Assembly (NCBI GenBank): GCA_964019335.1
Contig: OZ025663.1
Location: 248,001-312,000, forward strand
Reading direction: 5' to 3'
Origin: Diplonema japonicum
Taxonomy: Eukaryota; Protista; Euglenozoa: Diplonemea
Length of the DNA stretch: 64,000 nucleotides
The first letter of the stretch is position 1. Every line of letters begins with the position of its first letter. A program made the translations under genes and the position numbers. The notes below the pieces were generated by a model. That model had not been told where the DNA came from and ran no database searches. It worked only from the letters and a program-made list of their open reading frames with translations. Shown piece after piece: positions 1 through 11,326 of this stretch.

Positions 1-2
1 CC

Positions 3-743
3 GACCTAAGCTGGGTACGCAACATCCCAAGCGATATCCTGATCGGTTATGAGCAGGAGATCTTCACATCACCATCGTTCGTACACCGCCTCTTCGCAGA
101 GGCACTCTTCGTGCTGCCGATGAAATCACAACTTGTCATCCTCCCAAACCCCATGAAACGTTTCAGCATCGACCTCAGCAAGGAAATCGATTGGTCATCG
201 TCAAGAAGAATGCATAAAAACCGTCTTAAAAAATACCGCCTCTCCATCGATCATGATTTCAAGAACAGTTTGCGGCTTGTCAGTGAAGCGCATTCTGCTA
301 AGGTGGGTTCTGGGAAGTGGATCACAGACAAGCTAATTGACCTCCTGTCTGGATTCAACAAGCATAACGCACAGAATGAAATACAACATCATGCCTTTGA
401 GCTTTGGGAGGGTGACGCAATCGTGGCGGTTTCAGTTGGGTTCTCTTATGGACGGGTCTACCACGACTATACACACGCAACTTTGGATAGAGGCGATTCG
501 CGAACCGGAACTTTGCTGACGAAAGTAGTTGGTGATCACTTGCAAAAATGCGGTTATGCTCTCTGGTATTGGGGGCAGGTGTCTGAAGGGACATCATACA
601 TGGCGGACTATATTGGGAAATACGGCGGCGGGGAACTCTCACGGGAAGGGTTCTACGCACGGTGGGACGTTTTAAAAACAGAATCCGCACGGCCTCTTCA
701 TGAACCTCTTGATCTTGGTGAAACCTTGGTTGCCAAAAAATAA
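3..743 (+). CDS. Leucyl/phenylalanyl-tRNA-protein transferase-like protein (5' end outside window)
   Basis: The frame is open from position 3. Motifs YRLSIDHDF, WITDKLI, HHAFELWEGDAIVAVSVGFSYGRVY and LQKCGYALWYWGQ follow the Aat/L-F transferase pattern. Confidence 0.7.
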   Translation, partial: DLSWVRNIPSDILIGYEQEIFTSPSFVHRLFAEALFVLPMKSQLVILPNPMKRFSIDLSKEIDWSSSRRMHKNRLKKYRLSIDHDFKNSLRLVSEAHSAKVGSGKWITDKLIDLLSGFNKHNAQNEIQHHAFELWEGDAIVAVSVGFSYGRVYHDYTHATLDRGDSRTGTLLTKVVGDHLQKCGYALWYWGQVSEGTSYMADYIGKYGGGELSREGFYARWDVLKTESARPLHEPLDLGETLVAKK

Positions 744-1492
744 AAGTGGGGGGGGGGAAAGTCACGCCCGAGCTTTTTTTTCTTTTTTTTATTTCCAGCT
801 GCCGTTATCCTTCTTTTTCTTCTTTCTTTTGTTGATATCACGCGGGAAGAAAATAAAAGGGGGAGAAAAGAATAGAGGAAAAAAAAAAAAGATTCTCCCT
901 TTCCCCCTTTTTTTCGGTGATTGGGAAGGAGAGATGAAAGTGAAAGAGAATAAAGAAATGGAAACAAAAAAGAAAAAAAAGCCCCTTTTCGGCTAAGGCT
1001 TCGGTTAAATTGCGATTTGGCCACTTTTGTGCGCCCCCCCTCATAAGCGGTTGTCTTCTTCTGCTATTTATTTTTCTGAGTTTTTCAGAAAGGTATTCAT
1101 TGTTCAAAAGAAAAAGGGAAAAAAAAAAAGAATGAAAACTATGGGCCGAGGGGGAACAGAACACGGAGGGGAAAAAAAAAAGAAAAAGAAAAGGAAGAAA
1201 AAGAAAAAGAAAAGAAAAACGGAAAACCAAAAAAAAAAAAAAAGAAGAAGGAAAAAAAAAAAAAAAAAAACATAAATGAACATTTCCCCTTTCCCTTGCC
1301 ACATACTTTTCCCTCTTAGCTTTCCTGCAGCTGCTGCCATTGTCTTTCCGTTTCCCCCCTCAAGATCCCCCACCACACACACGCCCACACAACACTCTCA
1401 CCCGGAACCTGCCGTACTTCAACTGTAATGTGGCAATCTCCGCGATGGCAGAAAGTGTTCACAGGATGCATGCCCATACTGGCAAACTGAAT

Positions 1493-1534
<42 letters not shown>

Positions 1535-1596
1535 CAACCTTCCCAAAAAAAAAAAAAAGAGGGTGTGGGGGGAGGGAGGGCAAGGGGGGAAAAAAA

Positions 1597-3027
1597 ATGG
1601 TACTTCCACAAGAGGCAACCCTAATGCTGGAAGACCTGCGAGACCGGCTGCTACACATCAGCCGGACAAAACAAATAAGCGTTATCGAGCTACTGAGCCA
1701 CTACATCTTGGCGGGGGAAACGGAAATGCTGGCCGCTATACGGCAAAACAAGTCAAACACCCGCCCCGAAGATGCCACAAGCGCTGTAAACGAAGAAGCA
1801 GCCCTCGCCATGATACCCCACGCACCTATGGACAGACGGGTTTCTAAGTTTGCAGGTATGAGCGGCTCATTCCGATCCTTCCTGGGGAGGGATAAACAAA
1901 AACGGTCGTCTTTGATATCAAGTAAAATACCTGAAATAAACGATATAGTAAGCCAGTCGACGTACGGGATTGAAATAGAGGCGTTTGTCACGAAACAGTC
2001 GAACGAGATGCACGTGCAGACACCTGTGAAGGCTGCGGGGGAATTCGTCCCGTTCCTCAACCAACAGTTGAACGAAGAATGTCAATTTATCTTTCTCGAC
2101 TGTGCCGCGTCAAAGGCAGACCGCATATACGACAGATGGAAGGTTACAACGGACTCTTCCATCACATCCGAGGACGGTCGTCCTTTATTCGGCTTGGAAG
2201 TTGTCTCAGCCAAACTAACAGGTTGGTCTGGGATGGCAACATCTGTATTGGTCGCTCAAGCAATGCTGTCATACGGGTGTGCCACTAATAATTCGACCGC
2301 GTTGCATGTTCACGTTGCCTGTCAAAACCACACACCGGAGCAGTTGAAGCAGCTGTTTATGTACATCGTCCACTTCGAGGCAATCATCGACACCTTCCAC
2401 TCTTATCCTAGGAGGAATGATGCGTCAAAGTATTGCAGGAGCCTAACACGATCTGTTACTGGCATGAACACGCAGGCTAGTGTGCGTGACGACGCCCCTG
2501 CCGCACTGCGCACGCTCAGCCTCATTGACGTCTCTCATAGTGCAGGCGTCGATAATCTTATTAAGCGGTTTAACCCGAAGCTTGGTATTAAAACAAATTC
2601 CTGTCGGAATCATAAGATAAACGCTACCCTGCTGAGAGGTACCAACCCTGGCGACCCAGCACGGAGAATAGAATGGAGGCAACATGCTGGGACGTGTGAT
2701 GGGCAGGAAATTGTGATGTGGGCCAGATTCTGTGTAGTGTTCACTCATAAGGCAGCCACGGCTGCTGATGCTCCTCTTCCCGTACTTGCTACTCAAGAGA
2801 GCTTCTGGGCGTTTATGCAAGAACCTCAACTTGCGTATGTGGGGGGAAGGAGGGAAAAAAAAAAAAAAAAAAAAATGTGTAGTCAATACTATTCGATGAA
2901 ATGCAAAGCGCTTCCACCTGAACCGCCTGGTTACCACGGGGCCGTCAGAGAGTTTGATCCTACTTCCACGACAACTTTCCGTGTCAGAGCGACTGCTCCT
3001 GCTATCACGGGGCCGATGATACTGTAA
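1597..3027 (+). CDS. Putative amidoligase (Amidoligase_2-like); probable 48-nt in-frame intron 2835-2882
   Basis: Motifs TYGIEIE, WKVTTDSSI, GLEVVS, NNSTALHVHV, FEAIID..R and IEWRQHAGT. Removing GTATGT...A-tract...TAG removes a poly-Lys stretch. Confidence 0.8.
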   Translation: MVLPQEATLMLEDLRDRLLHISRTKQISVIELLSHYILAGETEMLAAIRQNKSNTRPEDATSAVNEEAALAMIPHAPMDRRVSKFAGMSGSFRSFLGRDKQKRSSLISSKIPEINDIVSQSTYGIEIEAFVTKQSNEMHVQTPVKAAGEFVPFLNQQLNEECQFIFLDCAASKADRIYDRWKVTTDSSITSEDGRPLFGLEVVSAKLTGWSGMATSVLVAQAMLSYGCATNNSTALHVHVACQNHTPEQLKQLFMYIVHFEAIIDTFHSYPRRNDASKYCRSLTRSVTGMNTQASVRDDAPAALRTLSLIDVSHSAGVDNLIKRFNPKLGIKTNSCRNHKINATLLRGTNPGDPARRIEWRQHAGTCDGQEIVMWARFCVVFTHKAATAADAPLPVLATQESFWAFMQEPQLAYVGGRREKKKKKKMCSQYYSMKCKALPPEPPGYHGAVREFDPTSTTTFRVRATAPAITGPMIL

Positions 3028-3306
3028 GTACGAAAAAAAAAAAGAAAAGGAAATATAGGGCACGTTCTACCGCGTTTCCACGTGACACGAAAGAGTCCTT
3101 TTTTTTTTTTTCCCGCTTTCAAATATACTCATATATTGTAGCCGTCGTTGGGCATAGTGAGTAGGCCGGCTGAGGGCTACGACGTGTGGTCCATGGTTTC
3201 AAGTTTTCCTCTTTTTTTTTTTTTTTTTTTTTCATAGTGAATTTTTTTTTGTTTTTTTCCTGTAGCCGCGCTCCCGCGTCAGTTTGGTTGTAAGCGATGA
3301 TGCCGG

Positions 3307-3338
<32 letters not shown>

Positions 3339-3786
3339 AGGGGGGAAAAAAAGAATTTTTTTGTTTTTCCCCATTTTTCAGAGGTTGTTTGTTACTGGTG
3401 GGTCGTTGATAATTCTCCCTGTCCTGATCATGCCATCCTCAAGTTGGAAAAAACGGGGGATCCCTCCAACCGTGAGGTGTGAAGCGCAAAAGTTTTTTGT
3501 GAATATACATACGCTACAGTAGAATCTTTGTGAGCCTTTTTTTTCTTTTACTCCCCCCCTCCTTTTTTTTTTACGTCGGTTCAGGAAAATCTGTGTTGGG
3601 CAGGTTTTCGGGAATGAGACAAACCTTACCTGCACCCCAGCGAACATAGCTAAAAGTACCCCTCTTACGATTCATACGCAACACGATGCAGCACCCACTT
3701 CTTTTTTCTTCTTCTTCCCCTCTTCTTTTTCTTGGACAAGTTATCGAGTAGACGGGTCTGGCCTCCTTCATCTTTTTTTTTTTTTT

Positions 3787-4880
3787 ACGCTGTTCGGAGG
3801 ACCGACCACACACGGGTATGACAGGAGGCCAGTACTCCCGGAACGAACCATGAGTAGCATCGAAGGCTTGCGGGACAGGTACCTGTCGCAGACACCGACA
3901 AGGCTGCCCCGCAGTTTGACCACCGCAGTAGGAACCCGCCAGAGCCCCCAGAACGGGGACAACGGGGACTAAGCGCAGCTCGGCCGGTGAGCGCAAAAAC
4001 GCATACCTTAAAAGAATAGTTTTTTTTTTGGAGGAAAGACCGAAGCCGCTGAAGGGAGAAGAACAAGACAGGACGTCCCAGATCAGGGATTTCCTTTTAC
4101 CTCTTTATATATATATTTTTTTTTTTTTTTTTTTTTTTGCTTGGAACCACAGCGCAACAGGACAGGAAGGCCCCTATGTCTGGAATTGCACGCGATTCTG
4201 CCGAGAGGACATGACTATGCGTACCTAGAGAAGCTGCAACGATACTTAGCCGAGGTGGTTGAGAAACGAGACGTAGAGCTCATGCAGAAGGAGGATGTCA
4301 ACACACAGCCGCTACCGTGGATTCGAAATGTGGTAGGTAAGAAATGCCCCGTTCCGATAGCAGGCGAGCTCGAAGGAGTGAGCGGGGTCCTGTCCCAGTA
4401 CCTGAACCCGCTGCTACAATGGTTGTCACAACAGCGCTGGGTGGAGAAGGACACTACCTCGGAGGTGTCGGCGGTGGAACTGGCCATTGACTTCGAATGG
4501 ACGACCGGAAAGTCTTTGGGAGGCCTGCTGGAAGATAGGGCGCGCAGAATCAAAGCTCTCATCGTAAAGATAAACACAGCATGCAGGGCACGGAAGAAGC
4601 GACGCCCCTTCCCAGCGGACGAGAGAAAAAGAGTGAAGTCCCTCATCGCCATTGGAGGAAAGGCAGCTATTGGTTTCTCCAGGAGGCCAATTTTCGCCAC
4701 CCGCTCCACGCACGACAAGCTAATGGAATTGAAAGCCGACTACAAGCGGGACCGCATCACACGACTCCGCAAGACGCTCACGGCCTCAATCGGAATGAAA
4801 GCAATGCTCCAGAAGGGGAGTATTAACAGATAGACCCCCCCCTCCCATAGGGCGGCCCTCTAGCGGGGGGCTTGTCCTGT
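3787..4880 (+). mobile_element. Fragmented 3' part of a non-LTR retrotransposon (ORF 4141-4833)
   Basis: LLQWLS..RW...VSAVELAIDF...VKSL...IGFSRRPIFA aligns by eye with the C-terminus of the RT-linked ORF at 18211-19389. YLSQTP..TAVGTRQSPQNGD (about 3880-3960) resembles the fragment near 20300-20380. Confidence 0.7.
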
Positions 4881-5871
4881 ACTTTGAGTTTTTTTTTTTT
4901 TTTTGCTAAAATCTCTTTAAATATTTCCCCCCGAAACCAGAGAAAGAATCTTTTTTTTTTTTCCGGCGAGAAATTAAAAAACCTATTCTTCTTTGTTTTG
5001 TGTTAAGAAATTTCACAACATTTTCTTTTTGTTTTGTTTTGAAGGGGGTCAAAACGGTATGCTTTAGCCTATTAGGATAGAGCGTGCTGTGGCACCCTTC
5101 AAAAGGCCTTTAAAAGCGATATCTCTGTAAGGTGCGCGTCCTGTAAGCAAGTAGACAGTGGCTTGTGCAGAGCGCCACCAACAATGCTCCTTTAACTCTT
5201 CTATTTTTTTTTCTTCCTTCCTCTGTGGGGATGCATTGCAAGTACACCGGCAACAATGGTGATGAACAACCCAGGTTGTTGGTGAAAGTTTCCAGCACCG
5301 CTGCCGGTACTTCGCGAAAAAAAAGCAAATCTTTGAAATAAGGACAAAAAAACGTGGGGTTATAGGAAGAAAATAGCTATTTATTTGCAACAAATTATGG
5401 CCATAATTTACTCGAGAATCGTGGGTTTTTTGGCCGAGGGCCCACAGGGCCCGAGGTCAAAAAAAACGGTTCGAGAGTAAATGGGATGGCCATATTTTGG
5501 CGCAAAGTAAGTAATTTTATCTGATAGTTCAGAAATTGAGTCACTCCGAGTGACCGAGAAAGTGGGCCAAAAACCCAAAACCAAATTATGGGCTATCAAC
5601 TGTCAATAATAGCTATCAAATTATGAAAAACGGCCTATTTTTAGCTGATTCAGGCGGAAGTACGGTGACCCAACACATTTTTAGTCCCCCAGGCAACCCT
5701 GTTGACCTGCGATATTGCACCTTTCCAGGTTATAGTTCTCCGTACAAACAAAGCACGGTACAGTAAGGCACTCCATAGACATGAGCTCCTCGATATCCCC
5801 GTTCGAAAGTAGATGCTTTCGTCGGGACCCTTGTTCTTCAGCACGCTTGCAAAAAAGTTTGACACGGTCCT

Positions 5872-6191
5872 GGGGATAACATGAAAATATAAGAAAAACA
5901 TCAGATGTGTTGTTCGCTGTTGACCTCCTCGTCGGTCATCACCGGTAGCGCCCGAGTGGAAGAACATAGTGCAGATGCTCAGGGTGACGAACAGGCAGCA
6001 AACTGCACGAGTGCAGAATCTTGGTTACCCGGGACGCACCGGCTGGGGTTGAGCTGTACACCGCACGCATTAAGGACACGACGCGGAACGCAGAAGAAGC
6101 TACAACTCGGCCGCGGTGCGCCCCCTGTAATCAAGTAGACAGTTCTTGTGCAGGGCGCCGCCAACACCGGCCTCCTTTAACTCATATATAT
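5872..6191. repeat. Dispersed ~310-bp repeat R1, copy 1
   Basis: Near-identical to 24602-24908, 25791-26088 and 41475-41787 (GGGGATAACATG...CCTTTAA). Confidence 0.9.
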
Positions 6192-6321
6192 GGCATCGTT
6201 TCAAACCCCCCCCCCCCCCAAAATGAGGCCAATTGACACTTTCAATATTTCTCTAAGTACTTTTCCCAAAGAAAAAAAATTCTACAACTTCCCCGGCCCA
6301 GGTTAGGAAAGAAAACACCCC
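6192..6321. repeat. Truncated copy of the left TIR of the DNA transposon at 41788-43351
   Basis: GGCATCGTTTCAAA...GAGGCCAATTGACACTTTC...GAAAACACCCC matches 41788-41918. Confidence 0.85.
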
Positions 6322-6695
6322 AGAAAATGGGAAAGTATATTTTTTTTTTGATGATCTTCAGCCCAAATGTGTTTAAAAGAATTTCACTCTGCCCCCAATA
6401 ATGTCACTTCCCCCCCTATAATTTGGAGCAACGGGCCATAAACACCTAAGTCCTGCCCATAATTGAGCTATCAAATTATAGCCGGATTATCAAATTATGA
6501 GAGGGGGGTAATCAGATTATAGGGGGGTTTAGGAGTGAAGAAATTTCTGAACTATCAGATAAAAAAAAGAAGAAGAAAAAAACACACACACACACGCGCT
6601 AAAGTTTCCTCACGGTGGGCTGTTACAAAACACCTCGTTTTCATTTCATAGTGAACTTCTTTTGTTTTGTTTGTTTCCCCTCTTCCAAGAAAAAA

Positions 6696-7377
6696 TAGCT
6701 ATTTACTGCCAACAAGTAATTTTTATTTTTTATATTTACCGTTACTTCGAGGTCGGTAAAGCATTACTTGGCGGTAGGTAAGTGGTTTTATTTCACGACA
6801 CTCTGAAATTACTTCACCACGAGGGGCACAACGGGGTGACAAGGGGTACAACAAGAGAGGGGTTACAAAGGTTACAATACAAGTTGTTTTCCCTCCTTTT
6901 GTTGACTAAGAGCTGCCGCTGTCGCTGTCATTGCCATTGTCACCATCTCTAATCAGGCCTTCTCATACCTGGCGCGGCCGCTGGCTCCTTTTTTTCTGCT
7001 GCTTCGGTATTTTGAAGTCTTTTGGGGAGCTTGGGTAAGCTGACCAACCTTACCCACAGAAGAGTTACCCACATAAACTGGGAAAAAGGCCTAGCCAAAA
7101 GTGGGCAAATTGGGAGGAAAAAGTAGCCCAACTTGGAACTGAGCCGAGGCAAAAGTTGGCCAATTGAACTGAACCTGGGGGGAAACTAGCAAACTGAGAG
7201 GAAAAAGTAGCCCCACTGGGAACCGAACCGAGGCAAAAATTGGCCTACCGAGGCATATTATTTACCGGAAACCCCTATTACTTCACGGAAAACAGGCCAT
7301 TATTTCACCGTGAAGTAATGAGATGTAGCGTGAAGTAATGGGCCCTAGTGCGTGAAGTAATTTCTGAAGAGTGGAAT
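6696..7377 (-). mobile_element. Helentron/HINE-like non-autonomous element, family A, copy 1
   Basis: About 680 bp, near-identical to 20528-21202 and 52044-52751. Terminus TAGCTATTTACTGCCAACAAGTAAT. Asymmetric sub-terminal IR (ATTTCAC..GAAATTACTTCAC at about 6790-6817 versus GTGAAGTAATTTC..GTG(G/A)AAT at the far end). Confidence 0.7.
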
Positions 7378-7688
7378 AAAAAAAAAAATGTCAAAAAAAA
7401 AATAGTTTTTCTTCTTTCTTCATCATCCCTCTTTTTTATGAATTCTTTTGAGGGGGGGGGGGTTAAAGTTTCTTGTTGTTGTGTTGTTTCGTTTGCATCC
7501 TTTTTATGTGTCGGTATTTACCTTTTTTTTTTTTTTCAAGGGTGGTCCTCAAGTGAGATCTGCCCTTAAACATCGCCCTTTTTTTTTTTCTTTTTCCTCT
7601 TCTCCTCTCTTCATTCTCTCTTCTATTTACCATTCGTTACAAATAAATAAATAAATAAAAGAAACTTCGCACAGGGGTTGGTCAAGGA

Positions 7689-10600
7689 ATGGGTTGCACA
7701 TCATCGAAGGAAAAGGAAAAAGAGAGGGATGGCGGTGCTGCTGCTGCGGCTGCAGGTACAGGAGGGGAGCCTGCTGCTGCCCCTGCTGAGCCCCCTGCAA
7801 CCCATCCTGAAGAAGGCAACCCTGAACGAGAGCACAGACCACTCATACCCAGCGATTATAACCCCGATGCACCAGGCCTCTCTGACTTGGAACGGGGTAG
7901 GCGCAAGACACTGAAGAAAGCCTTCCTCATGGGGCAGAAGGGCGAGCCCCTCCCCCCCGACTGGAAGGAATCTGAAGCCCTTGAGCCCGAAGAACGTGCC
8001 GACCGCCAGAGCCTCCGCAACGCCTTCGGCAGAGGCAGACGATCTAGCAAAAAGGGCAAGCCCCCGTCTACAGGTGGCAGCAAGTCCACAACAACAAGGC
8101 AGCCTGCTCGACAAGGGGGTAAAGCCGTGCCAGGCGGCCCCCCACCTTCCATGGTCAAGGTGCAGGGCGGTAAACCATCGCAGCCCTCAACTACGTTGGT
8201 GAAGGGCATTCGTGGATCGTCCCCTCCGGAAGACAGAAGCTCGTCATCCTCCTCCAGCGACACTTCCACCAAGTCAGATGACGGGGAGAATTCCCTTCTG
8301 CTGGTGCTCTTGTCCAGCATCGTGTTGAGCGCTGTCTGCAGCGAATCTGCAATGAAAACGAGAGAGGCGGAGGAAAAGGAAGCGACGATGAAACGCATCG
8401 AGGAGCTCGAAGCCAGGGCCGTCGAAGCAGAGAGGAGGGCCGAGGAGCTGATGAAACATCGGCAGCCCACAAGCCCGCTGTCTCCGCAGTCCCCCGGCCC
8501 ACGGTCGCCTGGAGTGGTGTCCGTGATGTCGGAGGCAACGACGGCGCCCCCCAACGTGATCGGGCAGGGCTCAGAGGAGAGCTCCGCGTCGAAGTCGTCG
8601 GTTATCCACAACGACACCGATGACGGGCAGCTGTCAGACGAGGTGCCAGAGAGCAAGAAGACGGAGCTGCGGGAAGGGCTGCGAGTGTACTCAGTGGAGA
8701 CAAGCATAGAACCTGCAGGCACGCTGTACAGCATACAGAACATGTCAGACTTCACAGTGGCGGTGGTACTGTCCTTCATCGGAAGCGAAAACATCGACCT
8801 GAAGGTGGACGAAATCGCAGAAGCCCGCGGGACCAAGATTCTGACGGTGCACCCACCATACGGCATGGAGGTCTCATGCGAGGTACTGCCTAGCGACACC
8901 CTCAAAGTCGTGCGTGTGACGCCTGCCAATGAGTACGCTGCATGGACTGTTGCTGTGTCATCGCGATGGCAGCTGCTCACCGCGGAATCGCCAGCACGAG
9001 GCACCTCAGAAGCGCCAGCTGTTTCGTACGAAGTCCTGAACGCGGACAGCGAGCTGAAAACGTTGAAAGGCGGCGGCATCAAGACAGCGACGTCGCAGTC
9101 CTTGCCCTTCGTTGATGCGCATTTCCGCCCATCTGCGAAGTTTACCACTGAAACGGGTGTTCCTTCAAACGGGTGGCGGCGCAGTGAGAAGATCATGAAG
9201 AAGACCGTCATCAACGCGCTGTTCCCACGGGACTGCAAGATCCAAGCTGGCGAGGACTTGCGCTGGCTTGCGATGGGGTTGGCACTGGTGCTCGACACCA
9301 ACCCCGACATTCTCACATCCGTATACCCTTCTTTGGTGGCACCGAATAAGAAATGCAAGGATCTGGAGCGTGTGGGCGCCTTTGAGGCATGGTGGTGTGT
9401 CAAAGGGTGGTGGACAAAAATACTAACTGACTCCTACGTGCCTGTGAACGGGAAGCGCCCAGCTTTATTCTCGGATGAAGAAGTATGGCCGCTACTAGCT
9501 GTGAAGAGCTACGCAAAGGCGAGACGAGGGTTCAGGAGCGTAAAACACGGGACAGTGGGACACTTCCTGCAAGACGTGACGGGCTGCCCTTACAAAAGGA
9601 TACCGCTATCATACGCAGGCAACGAGTTCAACACCAACTCAGTGCATCCAGACGGCGACTACATGGTACTGTGGGAGGACCTGAAGTTACACCTAGACAA
9701 CGAACGAGTGGTGGGCGTCTCAACGAAAGAACATCTCGAGACGGAAATGACGTGGCGTGGCGACTGCGACGTGGAGCTCGTCGATCTGGACGGAGTGCGG
9801 CCACTGTGGAGCATCCCACCTGACACAACACTACCAGTTCTCGAATACTCCGAAGAAGGTGGGCTTCGCCTGAAAATCCGCAACAGGTGGGGATGGCCGT
9901 TGACGAAGAACACAAACGGCAAGATCGACACCTCCGATAGATGGGTCAACTACTCTGACGTACTCAACGCCTTCTCATCAGTCACCATCGGGTACGCCAC
10001 TCCAGGGTGGAACGACGTGAGACTACGCCTGCACGCGACAGATGGCAACATTGCCGACACCTTTTCAGAAGTGACTGTAGAAAACGACACAGCATGCCAT
10101 GTATGGCTGGGGTCCGACGATGAAAAACCAAGCCTCCTGGGCATCATGGTCCTTCAGCCCACCGAGAACAACAGGTACAGCGACTACACCGTCCGCACCA
10201 TGGTCGGTGTTGAGTCGTCGGCTCACGTCTGGGGCGAGGTGACGCTCCCTCGTTCTACAAAACCGTATGTCATCCTCCCGTTGATCATGGACGGCGGCGA
10301 GCAAGCGTTGAAGAGGGGTTTCACACTGGCAATGAGGACGTCTGAAGCAAGTAAAGGAAGCGTGGTGTTCAGAGGCAGTAAGGAGGAGGTTGTCCATCAA
10401 TCAGAGCTTGGCGCCATTTTACAGTTCGGAGAGTCGAAAGTTGTTGCAGAGGATGTGGAAACCGGTAAAGTGGTTTCCTTGAAGATCTGGCAGCAATACA
10501 GGCTTCTTGGATGCGCTGTTAAAAATGGTTCGGACTACCCAGTGAAACTCTCTGTTAATTTCACTGGGTCTGCGGGTTATGAGTGTGTTCGTGCCGGTCC

Positions 10601-10865
10601 GGATGTGTCGAGGAGGTCTCTTGCGTTCTTTTTGGAAGTACCTGCTAGGTCGTCACGTCATGTTTGTTCACTTGCTGCGCCTGGTGAGTCGTGGGAGTAC
10701 TCGCTTGAGGCTGAGTCTGCCTGGCTTCCCCCGCCCGCCACTAAAGCGAAACGTCAGAAAGATGCGCTCGTGATCCCGTCTTCTTACCCTTATGTGCAGA
10801 AGGAGATTCAAGTGAATGGGGATGTCAAGCATACAAATCACACTTCCTTCCCTACCCCATTGTAG
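7689..10865 (+). CDS. Calpain-like protein, catalytically degenerate, with N-terminal MGC dual-acylation motif
   Basis: Starts MGCTSS. CysPc-like motifs PFVDAHF.P, WRR, TDSYVP, WPLLAVKSYAK, LQDVTGCP and LKIRNRWG are present. The catalytic GDCW position reads DLRW and the HAY motif is absent. Confidence 0.8.
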   Translation: MGCTSSKEKEKERDGGAAAAAAGTGGEPAAAPAEPPATHPEEGNPEREHRPLIPSDYNPDAPGLSDLERGRRKTLKKAFLMGQKGEPLPPDWKESEALEPEERADRQSLRNAFGRGRRSSKKGKPPSTGGSKSTTTRQPARQGGKAVPGGPPPSMVKVQGGKPSQPSTTLVKGIRGSSPPEDRSSSSSSSDTSTKSDDGENSLLLVLLSSIVLSAVCSESAMKTREAEEKEATMKRIEELEARAVEAERRAEELMKHRQPTSPLSPQSPGPRSPGVVSVMSEATTAPPNVIGQGSEESSASKSSVIHNDTDDGQLSDEVPESKKTELREGLRVYSVETSIEPAGTLYSIQNMSDFTVAVVLSFIGSENIDLKVDEIAEARGTKILTVHPPYGMEVSCEVLPSDTLKVVRVTPANEYAAWTVAVSSRWQLLTAESPARGTSEAPAVSYEVLNADSELKTLKGGGIKTATSQSLPFVDAHFRPSAKFTTETGVPSNGWRRSEKIMKKTVINALFPRDCKIQAGEDLRWLAMGLALVLDTNPDILTSVYPSLVAPNKKCKDLERVGAFEAWWCVKGWWTKILTDSYVPVNGKRPALFSDEEVWPLLAVKSYAKARRGFRSVKHGTVGHFLQDVTGCPYKRIPLSYAGNEFNTNSVHPDGDYMVLWEDLKLHLDNERVVGVSTKEHLETEMTWRGDCDVELVDLDGVRPLWSIPPDTTLPVLEYSEEGGLRLKIRNRWGWPLTKNTNGKIDTSDRWVNYSDVLNAFSSVTIGYATPGWNDVRLRLHATDGNIADTFSEVTVENDTACHVWLGSDDEKPSLLGIMVLQPTENNRYSDYTVRTMVGVESSAHVWGEVTLPRSTKPYVILPLIMDGGEQALKRGFTLAMRTSEASKGSVVFRGSKEEVVHQSELGAILQFGESKVVAEDVETGKVVSLKIWQQYRLLGCAVKNGSDYPVKLSVNFTGSAGYECVRAGPDVSRRSLAFFLEVPARSSRHVCSLAAPGESWEYSLEAESAWLPPPATKAKRQKDALVIPSSYPYVQKEIQVNGDVKHTNHTSFPTPL

Positions 10866-11119
10866 AACCTTTTTTCCCCCCCCCCTAAAAAAAATAATAG
10901 AATTTCATATACATTGTCAACTTTTTTTGTTGTTGTCCCCCTTTCCCCTCTCTGTTTTTCCTTTTTTTTTGTTAGAAAAAAAAGAAGAAAAAAAAAGAAG
11001 AAGAAGAAGAAGAAAATGTGTAGGTACAGTCGTTTTTTTTTTTTTTCTTTTATAATATTATCACGGGGAAGGGAATCTTTAAATAAAAAGGCGTGGGGAG
11101 GGGGGAGGGAAGAAAGGAG

Positions 11120-11295
11120 ATGGATGATTACCAAGCGGGTTTGCTGAGAAGTTTTAGAGGAAGGAACCACGAAGATACGAAAGCCAACAGGAACGCCGTG
11201 AAAAAATGTAGCAACATGATGACAGCTTGGTCAATGGTGGGAATACCTTACTGGTGGACTAGCAAAATGACAGGACGCCCACCGGTACCTACAAT

Positions 11296-11326
<31 letters not shown>

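Larger units (their letters stand above)
5374..6560 (-). mobile_element. Helentron/HINE-like non-autonomous element, family B, carrying captured sequence
   Basis: Terminus TAGCTATTTATTTGCAACAAATTATG is followed by a hairpin. A perfect 23-bp inverted repeat TTTTATCTGATAGTTCAGAAATT sits at 5515-5537 and 6542-6564. Both ends are flanked by A-runs. Confidence 0.6.

Noticed and set aside
744-1596. Many poly-Phe/poly-Lys ORFs here and in other spacers
   Set aside because: They arise from homopolymer runs that lack stop codons and show no coding signal.
7060-7377. Short recurring words (AAAAGTAGCCC, CCGAGGCAAAA, GTGAAGTAAT) resembling CRISPR repeats
   Set aside because: Spacing is irregular, the context is eukaryotic and no cas genes are present; they are internal repeats of the family A element.
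8273-8341. Possible in-frame intron in the calpain-like gene (hydrophobic insert)
   Set aside because: The donor is GTC rather than the GTA seen in all supported introns, and the frame is open either way; undecidable without RNA data.
7856-9403. 515-aa ORF on the - strand (and other long antisense ORFs such as 54815-55696)
   Set aside because: These are antisense shadows of recognisable + strand genes and have no motifs of their own.
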